Positions 63,316 through 64,000 of a stretch of 64,000 nucleotides of DNA are shown in pieces. The position numbers and the translations under genes were made by a program. The stretch is from Eledone cirrhosa (Eukaryota): NCBI GenBank assembly GCA_964016885.1, contig OZ024740.1:307706001-307770000 (forward strand), in the 5' to 3' direction. Numbering within the stretch: position 1 is the first letter of the stretch; every line of letters begins with the position of its first letter. A model generated the notes under the pieces. It had not been told where the DNA came from and ran no database searches. It was given only the letters and a program-made list of their open reading frames with translations.

Positions 63316-64000
63316 ATCACAACTCTCACCAACTGTCTTCTTCATGCCAATCTGTCTGCCATGCCCACGATCTTTGCTTCTCAGCCAGTCTGACCGCTCT
63401 GAGGAAGAATGATGGAGGTGTCCGTTCCATCAATGTGGGCAACGTCTTCTGATAACTTGCAGCCTAGATAGCTTACAAGTCAGTCAAAGTCAACGTGAGC
63501 AAGTTGCTAAGCCCTGTCCAGCTCGGAGTGGGAGTTAAGTGTGGATGTGAGGTGGCAGCTCATGTGGACGGACGCTTTATAGAACACATGCCTCATTCGT
63601 CACCCCACCTCCTAGTGAAGCTGAACATCAGAAACACTTTCAACAGTGTTAAGCAGAATCATATCTTAGATGATCCCCTCAATATTGCTTCTTACCTCTT
63701 ATAAGGAACACCCAGCATACTCATGGCTGCTGATAACAAGGTCACTTCCACCACAAGTGTCTAGCAAAGAGACCCACTCAACCTGCTGCTCTTTGCGCTG
63801 GCAGTAAAAAATGTTGCCCTCTCTTCCTGGTTGCCTTTCAATGCCTGGTACCTGGAACGATGTGACCCTAGGTGGCTCAGCTGAGTCAGTAGTTGAGGAC
63901 CTTCGGGTAATCATCCCAGCTCTAAAGCTCCTCGGACTCAGATCAACCCATCCAAGTCCAAGTTGATAAACATTAGCTACAGTGAGTTCCCGGGGAACTG
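63316..64000 (+). mobile_element. CRE-clade non-LTR retrotransposon RT remnant (runs off window)
   Basis: ASLTALRKNDGGVRSINVGNVF**LAA, PVQLGVGVKCGCEVAAH, LVKLNIRNTFNSV, SV*QRDPLNLLLFALAV, NAWYL(DD)VTLGG, INPSKS; corresponds to the CRE/Cnl1-type K.DGG.RPIAVG, QLGVG..GG.E and WYLDD motifs. Confidence 0.85.

Noticed and set aside
1-64000. ORF-track entries as host genes
   Set aside because: All are short (160 aa or less); recognisable ones are transposon fragments or their antisense frames and the rest are low-complexity AT-rich noise.

Overview
AT-rich, CpG-depleted animal genomic DNA. The repeat landscape ((TA)n microsatellites, (CAT/ATG)n-tailed RTE-related SINEs, tRNA-head SINEs) looks like an octopod cephalopod; that assignment is an inference from remembered repeat families. 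I found no confidently identifiable host protein-coding exon, so the window reads as intronic or intergenic, and most ORF-track entries are transposon fragments or noise. Contents: many decayed RTE-clade LINE fragments, with a dense mixed-orientation cluster at ~38.4-51.2 kb whose ORF carries a C4HC3 PHD-type finger after the RT core; a BovB-like RTE; an L1/Tx1-like remnant; a CRE-clade RT running off the right edge; a decayed mariner; a young-looking, internally deleted DD37D/maT transposon; piggyBac- and hAT-type MITEs; SINEs with intact TSDs; and a 19-unit 60-62 bp minisatellite. The most interesting signals are retroelement-linked self-cleaving RNA motifs. One is an HDV-like double-pseudoknot relic at the 5' end of an RTE (5410-5566, minus). 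The others are minimal Penelope-type hammerheads, one with a U3:A8 compensatory core inside a perfect 80-bp foldback (48872-49089). Weak host-gene hints are a candidate 39-nt minus-strand microexon beside a CAG/CTG-rich island (~60.6-61.3 kb) and an ETS motif with CpG patches (~28.5-29.4 kb). All calls were made by eye, without database searches.
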